Source: a virus. Taken from it: 64,000 nucleotides of DNA. Made by a program: the position numbers and the translations under genes. Under the pieces are notes generated by a model that made no database searches, was not told the origin of the DNA, and saw only the letters and a list, made by a program, of their open reading frames with translations. Of the stretch, positions 33,297 to 43,307 are shown piece after piece; position 1 is the first letter of the stretch; every line of letters begins with the position of its first letter. The DNA lies in the IMG/VR virus record IMGVR_UViG_3300043409_001318, positions 64,001-128,000 of that record; one strand, given 5' to 3'.

Positions 33297-34210
33297 AAAT
33301 TCTTGTAACTGGAGGAGCTGGGTTTATAGGCGGCCATCTAGTAGAAACGCTTTTACAACAAGGACATAGTGTAGTTGTTGTTGACAACGAATCAGCTACT
33401 TCATCTGATAAATTTAATTGGTTTGATAATGCTGAAAATCATAAGGTTGATATATTAGATGATAAGGCTATGGAAGTTATCTTTTCTAAAGGTTTAGATT
33501 ATGTATTCCATCTAGCAGCAGAAACTAAGATACAATTAGCTGTTGAACAACCAGAAAAATGTTTTGATTCAAACATTAATGGAACTGTAAAATTATTAGA
33601 ATTATGCAAAAAATATAAAATAAAAAGAGTAGTTGTTGCTTCGTCTAGTTCAGTTTATGGTACGAATCCAATACCAAATCACGAATTACAGATCCCAGAT
33701 TGTCTAAACCCGTATGCAGCAAGTAAACTATGTGATGAAATTATTTGTAGCACTTATTCTAAAATTTATAATCTTGAAACAATAAGTTTCAGATTCTTTA
33801 ATGTGTTTGGCGAAAGAATGCCAAATCGTGGAGCATATGCACCAGTAATTGCTATTTTTGATAGACAAAAATTAAATAATGAAAGTATGACTATTACTGG
33901 CGATGGAGAGCAAAAAAGAGACTTTGTTTATGTAAAAGACGTAGTAGATGCTTTAATTTGTGGTATGAATACAACTAATAGGAATTGTATTGGACAAACA
34001 TATAATGTCGGAAATGGAACAAATATAAGTATTAATGAAATAGCAAAATTTATGAAAGGTAAATATATCTATATACCAGAAAGAAAAGGTGATGCAAAAG
34101 AAACTTTGGCAGAATTGAACAAAATTAAAAATCATTTAAATTGGACTCCTAAAGTAACTGTGTTATATTGGTTAAAGAAGTTTTGTGAGAATAGATATGA
34201 TAATAGATAA
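33293..34210 (+). CDS. NAD-dependent nucleotide-sugar epimerase/dehydratase (extended SDR)
   Basis: VTGGAGFIG, SSSSVYG, PYAASK (YxxxK), RFFNVFG, RDFVYV. Confidence 0.92.
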   Translation: MKILVTGGAGFIGGHLVETLLQQGHSVVVVDNESATSSDKFNWFDNAENHKVDILDDKAMEVIFSKGLDYVFHLAAETKIQLAVEQPEKCFDSNINGTVKLLELCKKYKIKRVVVASSSSVYGTNPIPNHELQIPDCLNPYAASKLCDEIICSTYSKIYNLETISFRFFNVFGERMPNRGAYAPVIAIFDRQKLNNESMTITGDGEQKRDFVYVKDVVDALICGMNTTNRNCIGQTYNVGNGTNISINEIAKFMKGKYIYIPERKGDAKETLAELNKIKNHLNWTPKVTVLYWLKKFCENRYDNR

Positions 34211-34751
34211 TAATACTGGTATATGGTTAAATAATTCACTAGAAGGTCACGGATATGACACTTCCTTATCTAATGCCTTGGTACAAATTTTAAAAAAAAA
34301 TAACATTACAGATGTATACGATTTTGGTTGTGGTCATGGATTATACACAAGAAATTTATTAATTAATAAAATTAATTGTGAAGGATATGACGGAAATCCA
34401 AACACAAAACAAATAACGGATAATATTTGTAATGTTTTAGATTTATCAAAACCATTTGAGTTACAAAAAAAAGAATATGTAATAACTTTAGAAGTTGGAG
34501 AACATATTCCTAAATCATATGAAGAAACTTTTATTAATAATATTCACAACCATAATACAAAAGGTATTATTTTATCTTGGGCTATTGTTGGACAGGGTGG
34601 AGACGGTCATATAAATTGTCAAAATAATGATTATATTAAACATATATTTCATGATTTAGGATATAAAAATAATTTAGAAGATGAAAATTATTTAAGATTT
34701 AATTCATCTTTTTCTTGGTTCAGAAATACTATTATGGTTTTTGAAAAATGA
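34197..34751 (+). CDS. Class I SAM-dependent methyltransferase
   Basis: YDFGCGHG, LEVGEHIP, GDGHIN; start moved to ATG 34197. Confidence 0.85.
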   Translation: MIIDNNTGIWLNNSLEGHGYDTSLSNALVQILKKNNITDVYDFGCGHGLYTRNLLINKINCEGYDGNPNTKQITDNICNVLDLSKPFELQKKEYVITLEVGEHIPKSYEETFINNIHNHNTKGIILSWAIVGQGGDGHINCQNNDYIKHIFHDLGYKNNLEDENYLRFNSSFSWFRNTIMVFEK

Positions 34752-35632
34752 TAACAAATATTACTATAGGCCATAACGGAAGACTTGGAAATCAAATTTT
34801 TCAATATGCCATGCTCAAGGTAATATCGTTAGAACATGGGTATAATATTATACTGCCAAAAGAAAATTCACAAAATATAACAAATGGTAGATTCAATCCA
34901 TCAATTAATACTATAGATAAATATAAGTTAGATTTATATGATTGCTTTAATATTAAAGATAATTTAGATATTAAAGAAAATATTATAAAAAATATAAAAT
35001 TTAAGTATAATGAAAATGCCACTATGAAGTTAGACGAACAGCTAATCAGTAAGGCCGTAGATAATACAAATTATAATGGGTTTTTTCAGTGTATTCAATA
35101 TTATGAAAAATATCAGAAAGAATTAAAAGATTGTTTAAAATTTAATTATAGTGTTGAACAATTTTCTAATTTATATATTGAAAAGATAAAAAAATATTAT
35201 AATATTGAAGAATTAGTAACAATACACATAAGAAGAGGAGATTTAGCAGGAGATCAAGGAAAATATCAAGTTTTATTATCTGTTGAATATTATAAAAAGT
35301 TAATAAACAAATTATCTAATGATAAAAATAAATTTTTAATTCTATCTGATGATTTAGAATGGTGTAAAAATAACTTTATTGAAAATAATATTATTTTTTG
35401 TGAATATAAAACTCCTGTAATACAGCCTCACATAATTGATTTTGCTATCTTATCTAAGGGAGATAAAATTATTATGTCTTCTAGTTCTTTTAGTTGGTGG
35501 GCTGCTTTTTTAAGTAAAGCAAGTGAAATTTACTGTCCAAATAGATGGTATGGAACTGAATATTCTAATTTTAGTGAAGAAAATGTTAGACATTCAAACT
35601 GGATAAAAATTCAATATGAAGGGTTACCATGA
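34748..35632 (+). CDS. GT11 alpha-1,2-fucosyltransferase-like protein
   Basis: GRLGNQIFQYA, GFFQ, IHIRRGD, SDDLEWC, SSFSWWAA. Confidence 0.9.
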   Translation: MITNITIGHNGRLGNQIFQYAMLKVISLEHGYNIILPKENSQNITNGRFNPSINTIDKYKLDLYDCFNIKDNLDIKENIIKNIKFKYNENATMKLDEQLISKAVDNTNYNGFFQCIQYYEKYQKELKDCLKFNYSVEQFSNLYIEKIKKYYNIEELVTIHIRRGDLAGDQGKYQVLLSVEYYKKLINKLSNDKNKFLILSDDLEWCKNNFIENNIIFCEYKTPVIQPHIIDFAILSKGDKIIMSSSSFSWWAAFLSKASEIYCPNRWYGTEYSNFSEENVRHSNWIKIQYEGLP

Positions 35633-36585
35633 TAATTGCTAAATGTCCGCTAAGGATATCGTTAGTTGGTGGCTCAACAGACACACAAGATTTTATAGAT
35701 AAATACGGCATAGGCTCAGTAGTAAGTTTTACACCAAATTTATACACATTTGTCACTATTCATAATAGTAATATTAAAAAATATATAATAAATTATTCAA
35801 AAAAAGAAGTAACAGATTCAATAGATGAAATACAAAACGATATAGTTAGAGAATGTTTAAAATATTTCAAAACAAATTTTTGTACAATAACCTTTAATAG
35901 TAGTATTTTGTCTAGTGGTTCTGGTCTTGCTTCTTCTAGTTCGTACACTATTAGTATGATTAAAGCATTAAGTATTTATCACAGTGTTGATATGACCGAT
36001 ATTGAAATTTGTAATCTAGCTTTTGAGATAGAAAAAATATTTAATCCTTTAACTGGTATGCAAGATATATATGGTTGTGGAATCGGAGGTTTTAAAAGAA
36101 TAGTTTTTGAGAAAAAAAGTCCACCTTCTTTTAAATTTTTAGATTCTTCTTTTATAACAAATAATTGTGAAATGTATTTGTTAAATACAAATGTTATAAG
36201 AAATTCTACTGATATTTTAAAAACTCTAGATGTAGATAAATCATATCCATTATTAGAGTTGGTTGAAAAGTTTGAAAATTATATTTGTGATAAAGATACT
36301 GATCAATTTTTTAACTTATTTAATGATGGTTGGAAAATTAAAAAAACAACATCAAAAGATATATTAAATAATGAAAACATATTTTTAATAGATAAAACAC
36401 TACAATATTTAAAATATGTAAAAGGATATAAACTTTGTGGCGCAGGAGGCGGCGGGTATTTTTTAATTTTTGTTAATAAACAAAATAAAAAAGAATTTGA
36501 AGAGAATATATCTTGCAAACTAGCAAACAATCAGTTAATTAACATAAACATAGATACACATGGTATTAAAGGATTTAAAGTATGA
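35629..36585 (+). CDS. hddA: GHMP sugar kinase, HddA-like (D-glycero-D-manno-heptose 7-phosphate kinase)
   Basis: PLRISLVGGSTD, GSGLASSS, GMQD, KLCGAGGGG. Confidence 0.8.
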   Translation: MIIAKCPLRISLVGGSTDTQDFIDKYGIGSVVSFTPNLYTFVTIHNSNIKKYIINYSKKEVTDSIDEIQNDIVRECLKYFKTNFCTITFNSSILSSGSGLASSSSYTISMIKALSIYHSVDMTDIEICNLAFEIEKIFNPLTGMQDIYGCGIGGFKRIVFEKKSPPSFKFLDSSFITNNCEMYLLNTNVIRNSTDILKTLDVDKSYPLLELVEKFENYICDKDTDQFFNLFNDGWKIKKTTSKDILNNENIFLIDKTLQYLKYVKGYKLCGAGGGGYFLIFVNKQNKKEFEENISCKLANNQLININIDTHGIKGFKV

Positions 36586-37088
36586 ATGAACAAACTATAA
36601 TAAATGAAGTCAATAAATGTTTTGAATATAAAAATGAGTTACAAAATTTAATAGATAAACATAACAATATTATCATTCTTGGTAATGGTGGAAGTAGTGC
36701 TATAGCAAGTCATATTTCCCAAGATTATACAAAGAAATTAAATAAAAAATCTTTTACATTCTCTGACTCGTCTAGATTAACTTGTTATTCAAATGATTAT
36801 GGATATGAAAATGCATATAGACAATTTTTAAAAGAATTTGTTGAAACAGATAGAGAAACATTAGTTATTTTAATTTCTTCATCTGGTAATTCACCAAATA
36901 TTATTAAATGTGCCGAATTTTGTAACGAAAATGATAAGATAGAAATTGTTACTCTGACTGGTTTTGATAAAAGCAATAAACTGAATAATCTAGATATTAA
37001 AAATAGAAAAATTAATTATTGGGTTGATTCTAATGATTATGGAATTGTAGAGTGTGTTCATATGATTTTTTTGCACATGGTTGCTTAA
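36582..37088 (+). CDS. gmhA: SIS-domain phosphoheptose isomerase (GmhA-like)
   Basis: GNGGSSAIASH, NDYGY, ISSSGNSPN, LTGF, E..H. Confidence 0.8.
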   Translation: MNEQTIINEVNKCFEYKNELQNLIDKHNNIIILGNGGSSAIASHISQDYTKKLNKKSFTFSDSSRLTCYSNDYGYENAYRQFLKEFVETDRETLVILISSSGNSPNIIKCAEFCNENDKIEIVTLTGFDKSNKLNNLDIKNRKINYWVDSNDYGIVECVHMIFLHMVA

Positions 37089-37523
37089 ATGATAAGAGGT
37101 GTAATAGCTGGCTCATTTGACATAATACATCCCGGTTATATTAATATGTTAAAACAAGCAAAATTGGTATGTGATCATTTGACTATTGCTTTACATGAAC
37201 AGCCAAATTTTGAAAGAAATAATAAAATGCTATGTATTCTAACTTTAGAAGAAAGAAAAGATATTTTATATAGTATTAAATACGTTGATAATATTGTTGA
37301 ATATAAAACTGAAACTGAGTTATTAACATTATTGAAAATAAATAATTTTGATGTTAGAATCTTAGGTGATGATTATCTTAATAAATATATAACAGGTAAA
37401 GATTTGTGCAACAAAACTACGTTTGTTGATAGAAGCCATAATTGGTCAACAACAAAATTTAAAAAATTGATATATGAAAACTATAAGGATTTTTATGAAA
37501 AAAATATTATTAACTCTGTGTGA
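37089..37523 (+). CDS. HxGH-type nucleotidyltransferase (TagD/HldC-like)
   Basis: AGSFDIIHPGY, GDDY, WSTT. Confidence 0.8.
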   Translation: MIRGVIAGSFDIIHPGYINMLKQAKLVCDHLTIALHEQPNFERNNKMLCILTLEERKDILYSIKYVDNIVEYKTETELLTLLKINNFDVRILGDDYLNKYITGKDLCNKTTFVDRSHNWSTTKFKKLIYENYKDFYEKNIINSV

Positions 37524-38160
37524 TGGCATTTATGAACAAAACAGACAAATTCTTAATTCTATTGGTAAAACAAATGGATGTGAAGAAATTTCATTAAAGT
37601 TTACTCATTTAGATACAAATTTTACTGATCAAGTAAAAAATATTTTAACTATAAAACGTGGATTAGGATTGTGTGTTTGGAAACCATACATTATTCTAAA
37701 CGCTCTTGACAACATAGATGAAAACGACTACGTTATTTATGTAGATTCTGCGGATATGGTTCATCCAGAAATCTTTAACTATATAAATAATAAAATTAAA
37801 GAAAACAATATTTTACTTGTTCCTTCTCCAAATAGAAACTTACAAAAACATTTTACTAAAAGAGACTGTTTTGTTATGATGAATTGTGACGATGAAAAAT
37901 ATTGGAATTCAACTCAAATTGAAGCTGGTTTAGTTGTGGCTAAAAAAACTGAAACTACTATAAAAATTTTAGAAGAATGGTTATATTTTTGTAAAAATGA
38001 AAACATAATTACTGATATTCCTAATATTTGTGGACTTGATAACCTACCAAATTTTGTTACGCATAGACACGATCAAAGTATTATGTCTAATTTAGCTACT
38101 AAATATAACTTATTAGTCGATCCAACTCTTCTTAATTATATAAGACATAATGTGGTGTAA
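37474..38160 (+). CDS. Putative glycosyltransferase-related protein
   Basis: WKPYIIL, YVDS, HRHDQSI motifs; island context. Confidence 0.55.
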   Translation: MKTIRIFMKKILLTLCDGIYEQNRQILNSIGKTNGCEEISLKFTHLDTNFTDQVKNILTIKRGLGLCVWKPYIILNALDNIDENDYVIYVDSADMVHPEIFNYINNKIKENNILLVPSPNRNLQKHFTKRDCFVMMNCDDEKYWNSTQIEAGLVVAKKTETTIKILEEWLYFCKNENIITDIPNICGLDNLPNFVTHRHDQSIMSNLATKYNLLVDPTLLNYIRHNVV

Positions 38161-38162
38161 TT

Positions 38163-38975
38163 ATGTTTAGTATTATTTTAACTGTACATAATAAAGATTA
38201 TTTAATAAATGAAGTATTAACAAGAATAAAAACAAATACTATTGGTGTTTATGAAATAAATGTTGTAGTTGATGGTTGCACAGATAATTCTGAACATTTA
38301 ATAGATAATTTTATAAAACAAAATAAAAATATTAAAATAAATAAGTTTATTACCGATGATGTATTTGAAACAAAAGCAAACAATGTTGGTCTTAAAAATA
38401 GTAGTGGTGATTATTGTATTATTGTTCAAGACGATATGTTAATAAACGAAATAGATTGGAATAATAGACTGTTAAAACCAATAAAAGAATATTCTGATAT
38501 TTATGCCGTAACGGGAAGACATTCACATAATTGGGTTTATAATAAGAATTCTGTGCATCAATACTTAAAAGAAGACTTAGATAACTGTTGGTGTGATATA
38601 TTATTAGCAACCGATGTTGCTGGTAAAGAAAACATAAACAGAGATACATTTGCTATTAGAGATACAGTTAATCGAGGACCATTACTTATTAGGCATGATA
38701 TACTACAAAAAGTAAATTATTTAGACGAATATTTTGCTCCACAAGATATGGATGATCATGATTTATCTTATCGTGTTTATAAACAAACAGGTTTAATGGC
38801 TGGTTGTTATTGGCTAGATATTATTAGCGAACATTCTTGGGGTGGAACGAGAGTAAACGGAGGACCAGCTCCTTGGTTATTAAAATCACAGCACAAAAAT
38901 ATGAAAATTGTTTGGGATAGACATAGAGATTTAATTGTTGGTACAAAGCATAATGAAAATAGGAGATTAATTTAA
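38163..38975 (+). CDS. GT2 glycosyltransferase
   Basis: VVDGCTDNS, IVQDD, QDMDDHDLSYR. Confidence 0.85.
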   Translation: MFSIILTVHNKDYLINEVLTRIKTNTIGVYEINVVVDGCTDNSEHLIDNFIKQNKNIKINKFITDDVFETKANNVGLKNSSGDYCIIVQDDMLINEIDWNNRLLKPIKEYSDIYAVTGRHSHNWVYNKNSVHQYLKEDLDNCWCDILLATDVAGKENINRDTFAIRDTVNRGPLLIRHDILQKVNYLDEYFAPQDMDDHDLSYRVYKQTGLMAGCYWLDIISEHSWGGTRVNGGPAPWLLKSQHKNMKIVWDRHRDLIVGTKHNENRRLI

Positions 38976-39004
38976 TGTCTAATAAGATAGAGGTAGGTGA
39001 ATAA

Positions 39005-39643
39005 ATGTTTTTTACTTTTAAAGATTGTAAAGATAATAATAATATAAATTTTAAAAATATACTTCATATAGGCGCACATTATGGAGAAGAAATAGAAGAA
39101 TATTCTTCTTGTGGTGTTGAATCTGTTTGTTGGTTTGAAGCTAATTCAAATTTTTCTGAAAAGTTAAAAGAAAATACAAAAAATTATACTCATATTGAAC
39201 AACAGTATTACTTTGATGCGTTATCAGATATTCACGGCGAAGAAGTACAGTTTAATGTTACAAACAACGGCCAATCTAGCTCTTTGTTAGAACTTGGAAC
39301 ACATCTTGAACATTGCCCAAACATACAAGTTGTAGATAAGATACAGCTAAAAACTAAAAGATTAGATTCGTTTATTGATGAAATAAATTTTAGTAAGTTT
39401 GATTTTTTGACTCTTGATGTACAAGGAGCAGAACTAAAAGTGCTAAAAGGTTTTGGAGATATATTAAACATATATAAAAATATAAAAGGAATATACACTG
39501 AAATTAATTTTGAGCAAGTTTATGTTGGAGCAGCACATTTTGATGAATTAGACAAATATTTAAAATCTTTTGGTTTTGAAAGAAATAGATATTATAAATT
39601 TGATGCTGCTCCTTGGGGTGATGCTTTTTACTATAGAAATTAA
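39005..39643 (+). CDS. FkbM-family methyltransferase
   Basis: HIGAHYGEE, FEAN, LDVQGAELKVLKG, YTE. Confidence 0.9.
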   Translation: MFFTFKDCKDNNNINFKNILHIGAHYGEEIEEYSSCGVESVCWFEANSNFSEKLKENTKNYTHIEQQYYFDALSDIHGEEVQFNVTNNGQSSSLLELGTHLEHCPNIQVVDKIQLKTKRLDSFIDEINFSKFDFLTLDVQGAELKVLKGFGDILNIYKNIKGIYTEINFEQVYVGAAHFDELDKYLKSFGFERNRYYKFDAAPWGDAFYYRN

Positions 39644-39653
39644 AGGAGATATT

Positions 39654-40286
39654 ATGATTGATTTATTAACTTTTAGAAAAAATATATATTCTGCTGAAGG
39701 TGAAGATGGAATTTTAGAAGAAATTTTTAATATTTTAAATATTAAAAATGGTTTTTTTTGTGAATTTGGAGCTTGGGATGGCATTGTTGGTAGTAATACA
39801 AGAGCATTTTTAGAAAAAAAATGGAAGGGCGTATATATTGAATCAGATTATTATAAATTTTTAGAATGTCAAAAAAATACAAAAAATTATAATGACAATG
39901 TTATTTGCATAAATAGTTCTGTAAGTCATGAAAAAGAAAGTTCTAAACTAGATTACTTACTAAAAGATACATATTTACCAGAAGATTTTGATTTATTATC
40001 AATTGATATTGATAGTAGTGATTATCAAGTTTGGGAATCTTTAGAAAATTATAAACCAAAATTAGTAATTATTGAAATTGACTCGGGACACGATGAAAAT
40101 GCAGAATCAATTTATAATTTTAATAATAAAACAACTAGCTTCAAATCCATGTTACAGTTAGCAACCAAAAAGGGTTATAAACTACTGTGTTCAACTGGAA
40201 ATATGTTTTTCATTAGAAATGATATTGACTTTCCAGAAGTTAAAGCGTATCATCAAGGTATGGATTATTATAAATGGAGATCATAA
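39654..40286 (+). CDS. FkbM-like methyltransferase
   Basis: YSAEGEDGIL, EFGAWDG, LSIDIDSSD; start moved to ATG 39654 (GGAG SD). Confidence 0.8.
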   Translation: MIDLLTFRKNIYSAEGEDGILEEIFNILNIKNGFFCEFGAWDGIVGSNTRAFLEKKWKGVYIESDYYKFLECQKNTKNYNDNVICINSSVSHEKESSKLDYLLKDTYLPEDFDLLSIDIDSSDYQVWESLENYKPKLVIIEIDSGHDENAESIYNFNNKTTSFKSMLQLATKKGYKLLCSTGNMFFIRNDIDFPEVKAYHQGMDYYKWRS

Positions 40287-40601
40287 ATGATATATGTTTT
40301 TGATTTAGATCATACTTTGTGTGATACTAAGAAAAAAGATGATGGAAATTGGGATTATTTGAACAGTACACCTTATCAAGACAGAATTCAGAAAGTGAAT
40401 AAATTATTTGATGATGGTAATAAAATTATAGTAGAAACAGCTAGAGGAAATAGCTCTAAAATTAATTGGTATATTAATACACATAACCAGTTAGTGTCTT
40501 GGGGTCTTAAGTTTCATGAACTTAGAACTGGTGTAAAATATGGAGCAGATTTTTACATAGATGATAAAGCAATAAATTCTGAACACTTTTTTAGAGGTTG
40601 A
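40287..40601 (+). CDS. Small HAD-family phosphatase (capsule-biosynthesis type)
   Basis: VFDLDHTL (DxDxT), TARG, K, YIDDK. Confidence 0.85.
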   Translation: MIYVFDLDHTLCDTKKKDDGNWDYLNSTPYQDRIQKVNKLFDDGNKIIVETARGNSSKINWYINTHNQLVSWGLKFHELRTGVKYGADFYIDDKAINSEHFFRG

Positions 40602-40602
40602 T

Positions 40603-41958
40603 GTGAGTAGTTATAATAACATAATTAAAAAAATGCCTAACCAAATTAAAAAATTATATTATGATTTGGTTCCTTTTGACAAAAGATATGGATATGAGTT
40701 TACAAAAGCATATAATTTCTTAATGCAATCTAAAGAATGGGACACCTCTAAATTATTAGAATATCAAAATAATGAATTAATGAAATTGTTAGAACATTCT
40801 TATAATAATGTTCCATATTATAAGAATCTTTTTGATTCTCATAACATTAAATTAAAATCAATACAAAATACAACTGATTTAAAAGCTATACCAATTTTGA
40901 CAAAAGATATTATAAGAAATAATTTAAAAAATTTAAAAGCAAAAAATTTACTAAATGAAAAAGTATATGAGTTTAAAACTAGTGGTTCAACTGGTAATAA
41001 ATTAATTTTTTATGGTATGGATGATATATACAAAAAAGAAGCAGCTTTTATTCTTAGGGCGTATAAGATGCATGGTGCTACACTATACGATAAACCAAGC
41101 GTATGGCTCAGAAGATTTGTTCCTAAAACAGAAAAAGATCAATTATGGTATTATGATTATGAATTAAAAAGATTATATATGTCTGCTTATCATATGAACC
41201 CAGATACTATTAAAAATTATATTGATGAAATAAATTCTAAAAATTATCATACTTTAGTTGCGTATCCCTCAAGTGCATATATTTTAGCTTGTCTTTGTGA
41301 AGAACAAAATTTAAAATTAACAACAATTAAAAAAATTCATGTAACTTCTGAAACTATGCTCGACCAGTGGAGAGAAAAAATAAAACAAGTATTTAATATA
41401 ACTCCTGTAGCGCATTATGGAGCAATAGAAAAAGTTTCATTTATGCATCAATTGGAAGATAGTACAAAATACTACAATAATTTAGAATATGGTGTTACTG
41501 AATTTATAGAAAACAATAATGAGCATGAGATTGTTGCAACTGGGTTCTTAAATTATTATATGCCATTTATAAGATATAAAACTGAAGATACTGTACAGAT
41601 CAATAAGAATCTTGAATCTTGCACTTTACCAGATAGTATTTTAAATGTTTATGGCAGAACAAGTGACATATTGATATCAAAAAACAATTCAAGACTTCCC
41701 GGCGTTAACTTTTATAGTTGGATTGATAAGTCTGTTAGTGGTGTAAAAATGTTTCAGATTATTCAAAAATCTAGAGAAAATATTGTATTTAATTTTGTTA
41801 CAAGTGATAAATATACTGATAATACAATTAATGATATTAAATCTGGTCTTACTGCAAGATTGGGTGATTTAAATTTTAAAATAAATAAAGTATCAGAAAT
41901 TAAAAGAAACGATAATAGTGGTAAAATAAGATGTATTATAAATTTAATACAAGATTAA
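40603..41958 (+). CDS. CapK/phenylacetate-CoA ligase-like ANL enzyme
   Basis: TSGSTG, YPS, HYG..E, RYKTED, GRTSD, SGKIR. Confidence 0.85.
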   Translation: MSSYNNIIKKMPNQIKKLYYDLVPFDKRYGYEFTKAYNFLMQSKEWDTSKLLEYQNNELMKLLEHSYNNVPYYKNLFDSHNIKLKSIQNTTDLKAIPILTKDIIRNNLKNLKAKNLLNEKVYEFKTSGSTGNKLIFYGMDDIYKKEAAFILRAYKMHGATLYDKPSVWLRRFVPKTEKDQLWYYDYELKRLYMSAYHMNPDTIKNYIDEINSKNYHTLVAYPSSAYILACLCEEQNLKLTTIKKIHVTSETMLDQWREKIKQVFNITPVAHYGAIEKVSFMHQLEDSTKYYNNLEYGVTEFIENNNEHEIVATGFLNYYMPFIRYKTEDTVQINKNLESCTLPDSILNVYGRTSDILISKNNSRLPGVNFYSWIDKSVSGVKMFQIIQKSRENIVFNFVTSDKYTDNTINDIKSGLTARLGDLNFKINKVSEIKRNDNSGKIRCIINLIQD

Positions 41959-41961
41959 ATC

Positions 41962-41990
41962 TTGACAAAAATAGTTTAATATTATAAATT
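41962..41990 (+). promoter_or_regulatory. Sigma70-like promoter
   Basis: TTGACA-N17-TAAATT upstream of 42007. Confidence 0.6.
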
Positions 41991-42006
41991 AACGTGGGAT
42001 TATAAA

Positions 42007-43305
42007 ATGAGTAAAATTTCATTTATTGGTTTAGGAAAATTAGGTCTTCCATTAGCGACTTGTATGGCTAAAAATGGCATTAACATAGTTGCACTAGATG
42101 TAAATAATAAAGTGGTAAAAAGTTTAAATAATGTTAAAGCTCCATTTTATGAAACAGATCTTCAAAAAAATATTGAGCTTGCAAAAGAAAATGCAGTTTA
42201 TAGCTTAGATTATGACTTGGCAAAAGATACAAATACAACAATAATCTTAGTTAATACACCATCTAACAAGAAAGATGGGTCGTTCTCAAATTTATATATT
42301 GAACAAGCTTTAACAGAAGTATGTAAAAGAATAAAAGATAAAGCAACATATCATCTTTTTGTAATTAGTAGTACGGTAATGCCACGTTCAATACAGGATA
42401 GTTTCGTACCTCTTATAGAATCTATTACAAATTGGAAATTGAATAAAGAATATGGACTTTGTTATATTCCAGATTTTGTTGCACTTGGAACAATTATCAA
42501 AGATTTTGAAAATCCAGAATTTGTTGTTTTAGGACAAAGTGATCAAAAAGCTGGTGATAAAGCTTTGGAAATATACTCTAAAGTATTTGTAAATAACCCA
42601 CCAGTAAAGAGAATGTCTTTAATAGAGGCAGAAATATCAAAAATTAGTTTAAATGCTTATGTCTGCCAAAAAATTAGTTTTTCTAATTTCTTAACAAGAG
42701 TTTGTGAAAAATTTGATAATGTAAATGTTGACAATATTACTGAGGCTATTGGAATTGATAAAAGAATATCACCACACTATTTTAAAGGTGGTTTATCTTT
42801 TGGTGGAACTTGCTTTCCAAGAGATACATGGGCTTTTATGAAAATGTCTGAAAAATTAGGTATGAAAGCACACCACATAGAAGCAGCAGAAAAACTAAAT
42901 CAAGAACAAGATAGACATTTACTTGATAAGGTTATAAAAGTAGTTCTTGATAACAACTTATCAAATGAGATTTCTATTTTAGGTTTAGGATTTAAAAATA
43001 ACACACCAGTTATTAACGAATCTGCTTCTATAAAATTAATAGAAAAGTTATTAAACATGAATTACATAATTCATGTTTATGATCCTGTGGAAGAAGCAGT
43101 TGAAAATACTAAACAAGTATTTGGTAATAAAATAAAGTATTATAGTACACCACATGAATGTGTTTATAAGTCAAAACTGTGTGTTGTAATTAATTTTAAT
43201 AAACAATATAAAGATTTGACAAATTGGTTAAAAGATGGGTATATAATAGATTGTTGGAGAAGTATATCTTCTAATTCAAACAACATATATTATTTAGGAA
43301 AATAA
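42007..43305 (+). CDS. UDP-glucose/GDP-mannose dehydrogenase family protein
   Basis: IGLGKLGLP, STV, N..K, FGGTCFPRD, GLGFK. Confidence 0.9.
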   Translation: MSKISFIGLGKLGLPLATCMAKNGINIVALDVNNKVVKSLNNVKAPFYETDLQKNIELAKENAVYSLDYDLAKDTNTTIILVNTPSNKKDGSFSNLYIEQALTEVCKRIKDKATYHLFVISSTVMPRSIQDSFVPLIESITNWKLNKEYGLCYIPDFVALGTIIKDFENPEFVVLGQSDQKAGDKALEIYSKVFVNNPPVKRMSLIEAEISKISLNAYVCQKISFSNFLTRVCEKFDNVNVDNITEAIGIDKRISPHYFKGGLSFGGTCFPRDTWAFMKMSEKLGMKAHHIEAAEKLNQEQDRHLLDKVIKVVLDNNLSNEISILGLGFKNNTPVINESASIKLIEKLLNMNYIIHVYDPVEEAVENTKQVFGNKIKYYSTPHECVYKSKLCVVINFNKQYKDLTNWLKDGYIIDCWRSISSNSNNIYYLGK

Positions 43306-43307
43306 AC

